Assembly: GCA_018654845.1 (NCBI GenBank)
Contig: JABIKU010000017.1
Location: 34,600-98,599, forward strand
Source of the DNA: Methanobacteriota archaeon
GTDB taxonomy: Archaea > Thermoplasmatota > Poseidoniia > Poseidoniales > Thalassarchaeaceae
Length of the DNA: 64,000 nt
Reading direction: 5' to 3'
How positions within the stretch are numbered: the stretch's first letter is position 1; every line of letters begins with the position of its first letter. Both the position numbers and the translations under genes were made by a program. Below, piece after piece: positions 38,277 through 46,741 of this stretch. The notes under the pieces were generated by a model. The model made no database searches. It was not told the DNA's origin and saw only the letters and a program-made list of their open reading frames with translations.

Positions 38277-39932
38277 ATGACAGATTTCCGTGGATATGCC
38301 CGACGTTTTTCAACGCCGAAGGCAAGGCGCAATATGCTCGTCGCAGCCTTCTGGGTATTGCTGTTAATACTCGTCTCAACCGTTGCGATGACCTACATTA
38401 TTGAAGGTGATACGCATCAATCCGCCTATGGCGATGATTGGAATGACCTCGGTCAATTTCGCAAAGACATCAATGCGATGGGAATTGATACAACTGCGTT
38501 GGTTTCAAGCCCTTTATTGCTGAGCGAATTGGATCATCCTGAAGAAGCGATTTTCATCGTATCCGGTGTTGAAAAAGATACGATTTCATTACCTCGATTC
38601 ACTGGAGATAAAGATGTTGTCGAGCTTTCTGAAGGGTCGGGATACACAACTTCTGAAATCGTTGCAATAAAGGATTTTGTCAATGCTGGTGGCACGGTAT
38701 TACTAATGGATGATTTCGGTTATTCAGCAACTTTGGCGAAAGAATTTGGTTTGGAATATTCTGGTCATCGACTTTATGACGGTGAAGCATATGCTGCTGA
38801 ATTAGATTACAATTTCATTTGGGTAAACACGACATCTGCATTCAATTTCACAACCAATTCAGGTTCACTTGCAAACATTAATCCATGCCTGAAGGATGCC
38901 GACTTAGACGGGGTCATCGATATTCTCGACACTGATCCATACGATCCGAATAACAAACCAGCTGGAATTACTGAGGGGCAAGCAGGTCTTTGTTCTCACC
39001 GTTGGGTTTCTGCAACCGAATGGGATTTCTCCGAAGGATATGATTTGTTGACTAACGGCCCTTCTGCCTTCGAAAAAGCATCATCTTACAATCCTGTTGA
39101 AAATCGTTATGCAATCGGGAAATCAACTCTTGATTCATATCTTGATGTTGATGATAATGGTGAATTAACCGTAGGTGCAGAAAGCCTCGGCATCGCCGGT
39201 GATGAACAAGGGCCGTTTGCAGTGTACGTTCGTTATTGTGCAGACCGACTTTGCTACGGCTCAGATTCAGGTCGTGTTCACTTCGTCGCTGATGGTTCCA
39301 TATTAATCAACTCGCTTTACGACGAGCATTTCTATGATGGGACTCTAGTTGATGTTGCCGAAAATGATAATCGAAAATGGGCTCTTGACATTATTGCAGA
39401 GGCTTTACTGATTGGAAACTCCAGTACTCTCGGTAGCGAAAACTCGATGGTAATTTTCGATGAATCTCGTCATCAGCAACCTACTTTATTTGGTGATACT
39501 TACAATTTAATGTATTATCTTTTAATATATTTCACCAATGATTGGATGGCGATGTTAATCCTTTTCCTTGGACTCTTCATTGCTCTTGAAGCAGTTCTAA
39601 TACGCAAGGAAGATCCCGAAAATTGGCGTCATGTATTCCGAATCATCTACTATGGTTTCGGTGACGCCAGACGTTACGAATATTATCAACGTCCCGAAAA
39701 AATCCGACAAATTTTGCTCACGCGCGTAAGGAATTTGAACACACTTTCCCGCGAAGAATTCGACGCACTGCCCGCAGCTGAATTACAGCGCATGGTCGAG
39801 GATCCTGTCCTCGTGCGTTTCATTTTCGAGGATCGTCGATACAAGCCAGATGAATTAGTTGGTCTCGTAAAACGAATCAAGGAATGGGGCAGAACAAGTA
39901 TAGAGGAGGATGATACCTTTGTGGACGCGTAA
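38277..39932 (+). CDS. Two-TM membrane protein with large extracytoplasmic domain (DUF4350-like) and conserved-looking cytoplasmic tail
   Basis: ORF track 38265..39932 (GTG), with ATG at 38277. Seen in order: an N-terminal TM helix, IFIVSGVEKD....FVNAGGTVLLMDDFG (DUF4350-like as I recall it), a DADLDGVIDILDTDPYDPNN acidic motif, a second TM helix near residue 440 and a basic/aromatic tail. Confidence 0.6.
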   Translation: MTDFRGYARRFSTPKARRNMLVAAFWVLLLILVSTVAMTYIIEGDTHQSAYGDDWNDLGQFRKDINAMGIDTTALVSSPLLLSELDHPEEAIFIVSGVEKDTISLPRFTGDKDVVELSEGSGYTTSEIVAIKDFVNAGGTVLLMDDFGYSATLAKEFGLEYSGHRLYDGEAYAAELDYNFIWVNTTSAFNFTTNSGSLANINPCLKDADLDGVIDILDTDPYDPNNKPAGITEGQAGLCSHRWVSATEWDFSEGYDLLTNGPSAFEKASSYNPVENRYAIGKSTLDSYLDVDDNGELTVGAESLGIAGDEQGPFAVYVRYCADRLCYGSDSGRVHFVADGSILINSLYDEHFYDGTLVDVAENDNRKWALDIIAEALLIGNSSTLGSENSMVIFDESRHQQPTLFGDTYNLMYYLLIYFTNDWMAMLILFLGLFIALEAVLIRKEDPENWRHVFRIIYYGFGDARRYEYYQRPEKIRQILLTRVRNLNTLSREEFDALPAAELQRMVEDPVLVRFIFEDRRYKPDELVGLVKRIKEWGRTSIEEDDTFVDA

Positions 39933-41172
39933 AGCTGCGATAATGTTGACCAGCGGAATCAGTATGATTCTAATTGGTATGATGATTGCGAATTTCCAAT
40001 TGATGATTGTTGGCCTAACTTTCATGGCTTTCTTGGCGATTAATGGATGGGTCGAGGGCCATTCTGAGCTCGATGTTAATCGAGAAATATCCGCTGTTAA
40101 TGTCTACAAGGGTGATGACATCAATGTTATTCTTACAGTTCGAAATAAATCCTATCGACGAACTCAACAATTAGAGGTATTCGATAACGTCCCTCATGAG
40201 ATGAAAATGCGAAAAGGTGTGAATCGAATGCGCATGAATCTCGGGCCAGGTCAAACCGCGAAGATTCACTATACTGTTCGCTGCCCTCTTCGCGGCCATT
40301 ACACAATTGGACCGACATCTATCCGATATCGAAATGCGTTCAATCTCTTCGTTAATGAAACTAAAATTCAGGATCGATCAGATATCACAGTTTTCCCTCA
40401 GGTTCGTGATATCGAAGAATCTCTTGTTCGCTCCGATGTTCCAAAAATGTATACTGGGGCGACGACATTGAAAACTCCTGGACAAGGAATGGAGTTCTAT
40501 GCACTACGTGAATATCATCCTGGTGATTCATTCCGTTCAATCAACTGGAAAGCATTTGCTCGTACGGGTGAGTTGATGGTAAACGAAAAAACTCGTGATG
40601 CAGTTACCGATGTTTTCATTATTCTCGATACTCGAGATGTCGCTCGCATCGGAACCGTTCTGAAGAATCCTCTCGAAATGGGAACGGTTGCAGCGGCTTC
40701 AATTGCAAATTATTTCATTCATCGCCGTGATTCGGTTTCTCTAGTTACTTATGGTGAGCGCATGGATTACCTACCACCGGAAACCGGCGATAAACAGCAA
40801 TACAAAGTTCTGAGTCAACTTGCAGCGGTTTCTTCAAAAGGTAGTATGCCGCTACAAGCAGTAACCAACGCTCTTTCGCCGCGCATTTCACGCGGCTCAC
40901 CCGTTTTCATCATCAGCAGTCTAGAGGGTGATGGTACGACGCTGCCAGCGGTTAGAAATTTAGCCGGAAAAGGCCATGAAGTCATCGTACTCTCACCGAG
41001 TAGCATCGATTTAGAGCGCTTGGTTAGCAGAATCCCACGTATGGCCTATGAGGTACTGAAACTTGAGCGGCAGAATCGTCTTACAGCTCTCTCGGGATAT
41101 GGAGCGAAGGTAATCGATTGGACGCCAACTATCGAGCTTTCAGAAGCATTATTGCAAGTAAGGACAGTTTGA
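39910..41172 (+). CDS. DUF58-family protein (vWA-like fold; usual partner of MoxR AAA+ ATPases)
   Basis: It has two N-terminal TM helices and a beta-sandwich-like segment. The DUF58 signature EFYALREYHPGDSFRSINWKAFARTGELMVNE is present. The start may instead be ATG 39943, which would remove the 23-nt overlap. Confidence 0.8.
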   Translation: MIPLWTRKAAIMLTSGISMILIGMMIANFQLMIVGLTFMAFLAINGWVEGHSELDVNREISAVNVYKGDDINVILTVRNKSYRRTQQLEVFDNVPHEMKMRKGVNRMRMNLGPGQTAKIHYTVRCPLRGHYTIGPTSIRYRNAFNLFVNETKIQDRSDITVFPQVRDIEESLVRSDVPKMYTGATTLKTPGQGMEFYALREYHPGDSFRSINWKAFARTGELMVNEKTRDAVTDVFIILDTRDVARIGTVLKNPLEMGTVAAASIANYFIHRRDSVSLVTYGERMDYLPPETGDKQQYKVLSQLAAVSSKGSMPLQAVTNALSPRISRGSPVFIISSLEGDGTTLPAVRNLAGKGHEVIVLSPSSIDLERLVSRIPRMAYEVLKLERQNRLTALSGYGAKVIDWTPTIELSEALLQVRTV

Positions 41173-41184
41173 GGAGTTGAATAA

Positions 41185-42393
41185 ATGGTTATGGATGTAG
41201 TACCTGATTCGCAAACTCTACACATTAGTAAATTGAGGAAACGATGGCAAATTTTGTTTCTTCAACTTCTCGCAACTGGCTCTCTATTGACAATTATGCG
41301 CCGAATGAGCGATTTGTACGGTTCATGTTCTGATACTTTCGTCGCCGATGCTGGTGGTACAAATTACTGGTGTCCTTCCTACGAACATACACGAGGATTA
41401 CAATGGATGTCACGGAATTCTGATTTGGTGATCCCTGATTACTTAAGTGGCGTTAATGAAACTGGATTCGATACCTTCATCGCACCGTTAATTCTCTGCT
41501 TCGTTCTCACCATTGCTTTCGTAATTCTCATGAGTCGAAGTGATAAATTTCAGAAAAACCTCAAGCGAGGGTTGTCTCTAGCGGTCATCGCTTGGATAGC
41601 TCTCCCATTCCTCTTATCCTGGTTCATCGGTATCGTAACATACGGTGGATTATACTTGCCAATTGGTAATGAGGATCCAAATATGGATCATGTATTGTTG
41701 ATTTTTCAGCCACTGAAATTCATCTTCGAGTTGGTGTTTTTGGGAATTGTTTTTGCTCCAGTTTTGGCTGGACTAATGGGGATTTGGGGACTTTCAAAGA
41801 GAATGTTAACTTGGGCTGCGGGATACTTTTTGATGATAATTGGCATTCATGCTATGTTAACATTCGAAGGTGTCACACAAGCCGTTGATGTTGGCCTCAA
41901 ACCATTACCTGCACAAATTGGTGAGGCTACATTATTCGGTGGATTAATCTCACCATTAGCCTTCGAATTACTATCTATTGCTTTACTCCTTCTAGTTTTC
42001 TTAGAAGCTGGCCTTGCTGTAATCACTAATCTAGAATATGCTTCATTGCTCCCTGAAGGTTCTAAAAAAGATCCAGAATATGTCAATCAATTCAACAATG
42101 TTCTGAATGGGCATCTATGGCATCTTATCGGAATTATGGCTTTAGTTGGTTTAACGACTGCTATGGCTCTCGAATTCGACGATTTCTTGATTGGATTTGT
42201 CGGTGCTCTTGAGGGTTCACAATGGTCGGGGCAAGTCCGAGAATCCCTTGAATTGCAATTGACTTATGGAAAGGTGATTTCTGCTGGCTTATTCATGGTG
42301 GTAATCGCTGGTGGACGATTCGTGATTCCTTGGCAGAGAGTTACTGGATTCGTTGAGACCAACATCCGTAAATTGACTTCAAGAGAAGTTTGA
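41185..42393 (+). CDS. Hypothetical polytopic membrane protein
   Basis: 402 aa with many hydrophobic helices, 12 nt after the DUF58 gene. I do not recognise a family. Confidence 0.6.
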   Translation: MVMDVVPDSQTLHISKLRKRWQILFLQLLATGSLLTIMRRMSDLYGSCSDTFVADAGGTNYWCPSYEHTRGLQWMSRNSDLVIPDYLSGVNETGFDTFIAPLILCFVLTIAFVILMSRSDKFQKNLKRGLSLAVIAWIALPFLLSWFIGIVTYGGLYLPIGNEDPNMDHVLLIFQPLKFIFELVFLGIVFAPVLAGLMGIWGLSKRMLTWAAGYFLMIIGIHAMLTFEGVTQAVDVGLKPLPAQIGEATLFGGLISPLAFELLSIALLLLVFLEAGLAVITNLEYASLLPEGSKKDPEYVNQFNNVLNGHLWHLIGIMALVGLTTAMALEFDDFLIGFVGALEGSQWSGQVRESLELQLTYGKVISAGLFMVVIAGGRFVIPWQRVTGFVETNIRKLTSREV

Positions 42394-42412
42394 ATATTTA
42401 TTCAAATGAATT

Positions 42413-42649
42413 CTATCGGCGTTCGATGATTTTGTGAATTGTGCCTATAGTGATTAGTACAGCGATGCTTAACCCACAAATTGAAGCCGGAAGTGCTAAT
42501 TTTCCCATCGCCGAAAATAGTGATGTGATATTTGGTTCAATGTATACTGCGCCGGCGATTGCAGCTGCGAGAATGGCACGGTGGCGCCAGGGTCCAGATG
42601 TTTTGACGCCAGGCGAATGATCGATTGGTAGAGCTTTCGCCTCGGTCAT
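42413..42649 (-). CDS. Hypothetical small two-TM membrane protein
   Basis: 78-aa ORF with two hydrophobic helices, convergent with the preceding gene. Confidence 0.4.
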   Translation of the reverse strand: MTEAKALPIDHSPGVKTSGPWRHRAILAAAIAGAVYIEPNITSLFSAMGKLALPASICGLSIAVLITIGTIHKIIERR

Positions 42650-42720
42650 GGCATCCTCAGATGGATTGAGTCAATGAATGCACCGTTTGTTGGTTTTCTC
42701 AATCAAAAGAGCCAAGAACG

Positions 42721-43803
42721 ATGTTTTTTGAAGGTGAAATTGAGCATTTACTGCCTCGTTGGGTTCAAGCAGATGAGGCTGGACGCGAGCCTATGGTTGC
42801 GGCGAATGGGGGGCTTGCAATCGAGACTTGTTCTCGTTGTCCCAAACCGTCGGTACTGTTTCAAGAATACAGTGGTCAGCACCTTTGTGGCAAACATTTG
42901 TTCTCTTCTATTCGTAGAAGAGTCGCAAAAGAACTCCGTGCTCAACTTGAACTTCCTAAAGATGCACGTCATCAGGATGGTTCACCTTACCGAATTTTTG
43001 CTGCAATTTCGGGTGGTAAAGATTCAGCGGTTCTGTTATCGTTACTTGTCGACATCATTGGCAAACGCCGTGATGTCGAAATTATCGCAGGATGTATCGA
43101 TGAGGGAATTGATGGATATAGGGCACCTTCACTTGAGCTCGCGCGCCAACTTGCAAATGATTTAGGCGTGCAATTCGAAACATTATCATACGAAGAATTG
43201 GGTTACGAAAGAATGGACGAAGTAGTTCGCCGTATGCCAATTATGGCAAAAAATCAGGATGAAGCAAAAGGTATGATGCCATGTTCGTATTGTGGGGTTT
43301 TTCGTCGTCAAGGAATCAATGCTCTTGCTGCAAAAGTCAATGCAGATGTGATGGCGCTTGGGCATAATCTCGATGACATGGCTCAATCGATATTGATGAA
43401 TTTACAGAAAGGAGATATCGAACGTTCGGTTCGACTCGCTCCTCATACTGCCATTCCAATAGATGGTTTAGCACCTCGAATCGTGCCCTTACGGTGGATT
43501 CCTGAACAAGAAATTCATGCACATGCGGTTTGTGCTGACTTGCCGATTCATCACGGTGATTGTCCACACGCTCCTGGTGCGATGCGTCAATTGAGTCGTG
43601 GAATAGTGGCTAATCTTGAATCGATTACTCCAGGTGCGCGTCACGGATTATTGCATTCACTTGATCAAATTAGAGTCCTACATCGTGCCGCGAATCCGAA
43701 TTATTCTACGGGAATTATGAATTGTGAAAGATGTGGTGAAATTACTAGTCGAAAAGTTTGCCAAGCTTGTACCATGAAGGATTGGCTAATCGAATCGGCT
43801 TGA
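42721..43803 (+). CDS. PP-loop ATPase of the Ncs6/Ctu1/TtuA family (tRNA 2-thiolation)
   Basis: It has an N-terminal CxxC...C..H zinc finger, the PP-loop AISGGKDSAVLL, central CSYCGVFRR, GHNLDD and a C-terminal CERCGE...CQAC finger. Confidence 0.8.
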   Translation: MFFEGEIEHLLPRWVQADEAGREPMVAANGGLAIETCSRCPKPSVLFQEYSGQHLCGKHLFSSIRRRVAKELRAQLELPKDARHQDGSPYRIFAAISGGKDSAVLLSLLVDIIGKRRDVEIIAGCIDEGIDGYRAPSLELARQLANDLGVQFETLSYEELGYERMDEVVRRMPIMAKNQDEAKGMMPCSYCGVFRRQGINALAAKVNADVMALGHNLDDMAQSILMNLQKGDIERSVRLAPHTAIPIDGLAPRIVPLRWIPEQEIHAHAVCADLPIHHGDCPHAPGAMRQLSRGIVANLESITPGARHGLLHSLDQIRVLHRAANPNYSTGIMNCERCGEITSRKVCQACTMKDWLIESA

Positions 43804-43825
43804 AAATCAGAACCAAGAATTATAT

Positions 43826-44224
43826 TCAGATGAAATTGACTTCAACTTCGATTTGTTCATGGATTGAAAGGCAAACTGGACAGCAGCAGCCCTGCTCAAT
43901 CAACCAAGCTTTATCTTTGATAGCAATTCCATCAGGAAGAAGAATATTGATTTCGAGTTTGCCGACTCGTCGAGGACTATCTCCCATAATTTTCTCGACG
44001 CTTCCACCTAATCCAGTAACATCGATATTCCGCGATTCAGCACGAATCGCGATGATTGTAATGATGCATGTCAGCATTGATGTTGCCAACAAATCAGTTG
44101 GCGAAAACGATTCACCTTTGCCATGATTATCAAGGGGGGCGTCGGTAATCAGGGTGCAGCCTGAAGGTTCATGAGTTGCAGTACAACGAAGATTGCCGTC
44201 GTATGAAACGTCAATTCTGACCAT
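43826..44224 (-). CDS. OsmC-family protein (peroxiredoxin-like)
   Basis: At 132 aa it has FSPTDLLATSMLTC and a C-terminal Cys-containing region (CCCPVC) typical of the OsmC/Ohr fold. Confidence 0.7.
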   Translation of the reverse strand: MVRIDVSYDGNLRCTATHEPSGCTLITDAPLDNHGKGESFSPTDLLATSMLTCIITIIAIRAESRNIDVTGLGGSVEKIMGDSPRRVGKLEINILLPDGIAIKDKAWLIEQGCCCPVCLSIHEQIEVEVNFI

Positions 44225-44237
44225 TAGTCAAACATCC

Positions 44238-44705
44238 TTAGAGGATATAGTCAGCGACTTCGTCGACATCCTGCCCGCGCCCACAATAGGCACAGCGGAT
44301 TTCAAGAGGTTCTGCAGAAATTACTCGCAATCTGTGCGGCAGTGGTTCATTGGGGTTTTGAGTAATACAATTTGAGAATGAACAGCGAGCAATATTTACC
44401 AATTCTTCGCCCAAATCGATGCGGCGCTTTTCTGCTACTGCATAATTTCGAATAATCGCGACCGACGCTTTCGGTGCAATCAAAGCGAGTCGGTCGAGTT
44501 CTTCTTGATTCAACTCACGATCCTCGATTTTCAGAACATCTTTTCGTCCCATTTTGCCACTAGGAACATTCATCACCAGCGAGATTGGGTTAGAACGTCC
44601 AACATCTAATCTCAGCATTTTCAATAATTGCAGAGCATGTCCCGAAGGAATGTGGTCGATCGCAGTTCCGTTGCAAATTGCAGTAACTCTTCGCATTTCA
44701 GCCAT
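44238..44705 (-). CDS. pyrI: Aspartate carbamoyltransferase regulatory subunit
   Basis: AICNGTAIDHI is near the N-terminus. The C-terminal zinc domain has CSFSNC...CAYCG. The ATG overlaps the pyrB TAA by 1 nt (TAATG). The ORF track extends to 44747. Confidence 0.88.
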   Translation of the reverse strand: MAEMRRVTAICNGTAIDHIPSGHALQLLKMLRLDVGRSNPISLVMNVPSGKMGRKDVLKIEDRELNQEELDRLALIAPKASVAIIRNYAVAEKRRIDLGEELVNIARCSFSNCITQNPNEPLPHRLRVISAEPLEIRCAYCGRGQDVDEVADYIL

Positions 44706-45634
44706 TATGCCACCTTCTTTGGAACTTTTATTCCGAGACTTCGACATAATAATGCCATTCTTGTTGGCACGCCGTTGAAAGCTTGCTCAAAATATCTAGC
44801 ATGTTTTGTAGAATCTACTGATGCACATAATTCGTTTACTCGAGGTAAAGGATGCATGACAATCATGCTTCCTTTTGCTCCGTCAAGATCACCTGCGGTC
44901 AATTTGTATGTTCCTGCCACCTTTGTGTACTCGTCTTCATCTGGGAATCTTTCTTTCTGAATTCGGGTCATGTAGATAACATCAGCCGAGTTTATCTCGG
45001 CTGACAGATTTTCAGTTTCGGTAACATCTTTGCCACGAGCTCGCAGATCCGAGACAATTTCAGCTGGCATCCGCAATGATTTTGGCGAGACGAGCATCAA
45101 TGTTGCACCAAATCGCACCAAGGCGTGAGAAAGTGAGTGAGTGGTTCGACCAAATCTCAAATCTCCGACCAGCATCACGTTCAGTCCTTCTAAAGTCCCG
45201 TGAGCTTCTCTAATCGTGAACAGATCGAGCATGGTTTGAGTTGGATGATTTCCAGCGCCGTCGCCTGCATTTAAAATCGGAATTTCAACGGCGTCGGCGC
45301 TGTATTGAGCCGCACCTTGACGTGGATGTCGAATTACCGCGATGTCGGAATAGCCATTTACCATCTGCATAGTATCGTAAAGCGTCTCACCTTTTGCAAC
45401 ACTCGAGCCGATTGAACTGAGATTCAACACCTCGCCGCCGAGACGCTTCATCGCAGTTTCAAATGACATTCTGGTGCGGGTAGAATTTTCAAAAAACAGA
45501 TTACCGAGGACCTTGCCTTGAAGCAGAGGAGCGTAAACATCACCTTTTGCAACGGGGAGCAGTCTTTGTGCAGTATCTAATAATTCAACGATCTCTTCAT
45601 TTGTGAGATCATCCATCGTGATGAGGTCCGCCAT
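44705..45634 (-). CDS. pyrB: Aspartate carbamoyltransferase catalytic subunit
   Basis: It has the carbamoyl-phosphate motif FENSTRTR, and also HPTQ and HPLPR. GGAGGA lies upstream of the ATG. Confidence 0.92.
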   Translation of the reverse strand: MADLITMDDLTNEEIVELLDTAQRLLPVAKGDVYAPLLQGKVLGNLFFENSTRTRMSFETAMKRLGGEVLNLSSIGSSVAKGETLYDTMQMVNGYSDIAVIRHPRQGAAQYSADAVEIPILNAGDGAGNHPTQTMLDLFTIREAHGTLEGLNVMLVGDLRFGRTTHSLSHALVRFGATLMLVSPKSLRMPAEIVSDLRARGKDVTETENLSAEINSADVIYMTRIQKERFPDEDEYTKVAGTYKLTAGDLDGAKGSMIVMHPLPRVNELCASVDSTKHARYFEQAFNGVPTRMALLCRSLGIKVPKKVA

Positions 45635-45747
45635 GTCTATCCTCCTTCAAATCCGGTAGCGCGCCGGTCATAGGCATTGCCCTTGACAAAAGAGTGTTGA
45701 ATCCGCGTTCCGTCGTTTTCATGAGTGATGATTGACCCCCGGGGCTG

Positions 45748-46737
45748 ATGATAATCAGTCGGACGCCGGTTCGCGTGTCATTTTGTGGTGGTGGAACCGA
45801 TACCGATAGTTTTGCTGAAAGTTCTCCTAATGGGGGAATGGTGACTTCTCTCGCCCTTTCTCGCTACATTCATGTAACTGTGAATCAGCGTTTTGATAAT
45901 CGCGTTCGTGTGTCGTATTCGCGCATGGAAACCGTCGATAATTTCGAGGATATTCAACATGAATTGGTTCGCGAATCCATGCGGCTCACCGGTGTTACCT
46001 CTGGAATTGAAATTACTACAATCGCCGATATCCCTTCTCGCGGAACTGGACTTGGCTCGTCTTCTGCTGTTACTATTGGTTTGCTAAATGCGCTGCACCG
46101 CTTTGCTGGGCGTGATGTCGGTGCAGCGCAATTAGCGGCCGAAGCTTGTCGAATTGAGATCGATATTCTTGGCCAACCTATCGGCCGTCAAGATCAGTAT
46201 GCTGCAGCTTTCGGCGGTGTCAACGCGATATCATTTGGGAAAGGCGGGGAAGTTTCTGTGGATCCATTGAACTTACCAGAGGAAACGATGGCTAAAATGG
46301 CTGAAGAATTTACTTTGATTTTTACTGGAACTAGTCGCTCTGCTAGCGAAGTATTGTCTAAAGGTGCAGATGATTCGTTGATTGAAACGACGAATTTAGG
46401 TCGAATACGCGAGCAAGCAGATATGGCGAGAGATTTACTCGAATGTGCTGATTTATCTGGACTTGGCTCACTTCTGAATGAAGCTTGGCAAATGAAGCGA
46501 GGGATTTCATCTGCAGTTTCAAACGATATACTCGATGATTTGTACGAGAGCATCATGTCGTCTGGCGCCACTGGAGCCAAATTACTCGGCGCCGGTGGCG
46601 GCGGTTTTTTCTTAGTTCATGGAAATGCCGCATTACGGGATAATCTTGCAGAAATATTGGATGACGAGCACAGAATGATTCCATTGGGAATCGACAATTC
46701 TGGCTCGACAATAATCTTCGATGATTCAGGAAAGTGA
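45748..46737 (+). CDS. GHMP-family sugar kinase (COG2605-like; heptose-7-phosphate / fucose kinase-related)
   Basis: The N-terminus SRTPVRVSFCGGGTD and the GHMP motif PSRGTGLGSSSA are present, with C-terminal GAKLLGAGGGGFF. Confidence 0.75.
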   Translation: MIISRTPVRVSFCGGGTDTDSFAESSPNGGMVTSLALSRYIHVTVNQRFDNRVRVSYSRMETVDNFEDIQHELVRESMRLTGVTSGIEITTIADIPSRGTGLGSSSAVTIGLLNALHRFAGRDVGAAQLAAEACRIEIDILGQPIGRQDQYAAAFGGVNAISFGKGGEVSVDPLNLPEETMAKMAEEFTLIFTGTSRSASEVLSKGADDSLIETTNLGRIREQADMARDLLECADLSGLGSLLNEAWQMKRGISSAVSNDILDDLYESIMSSGATGAKLLGAGGGGFFLVHGNAALRDNLAEILDDEHRMIPLGIDNSGSTIIFDDSGK

Positions 46738-46741
46738 ATTT

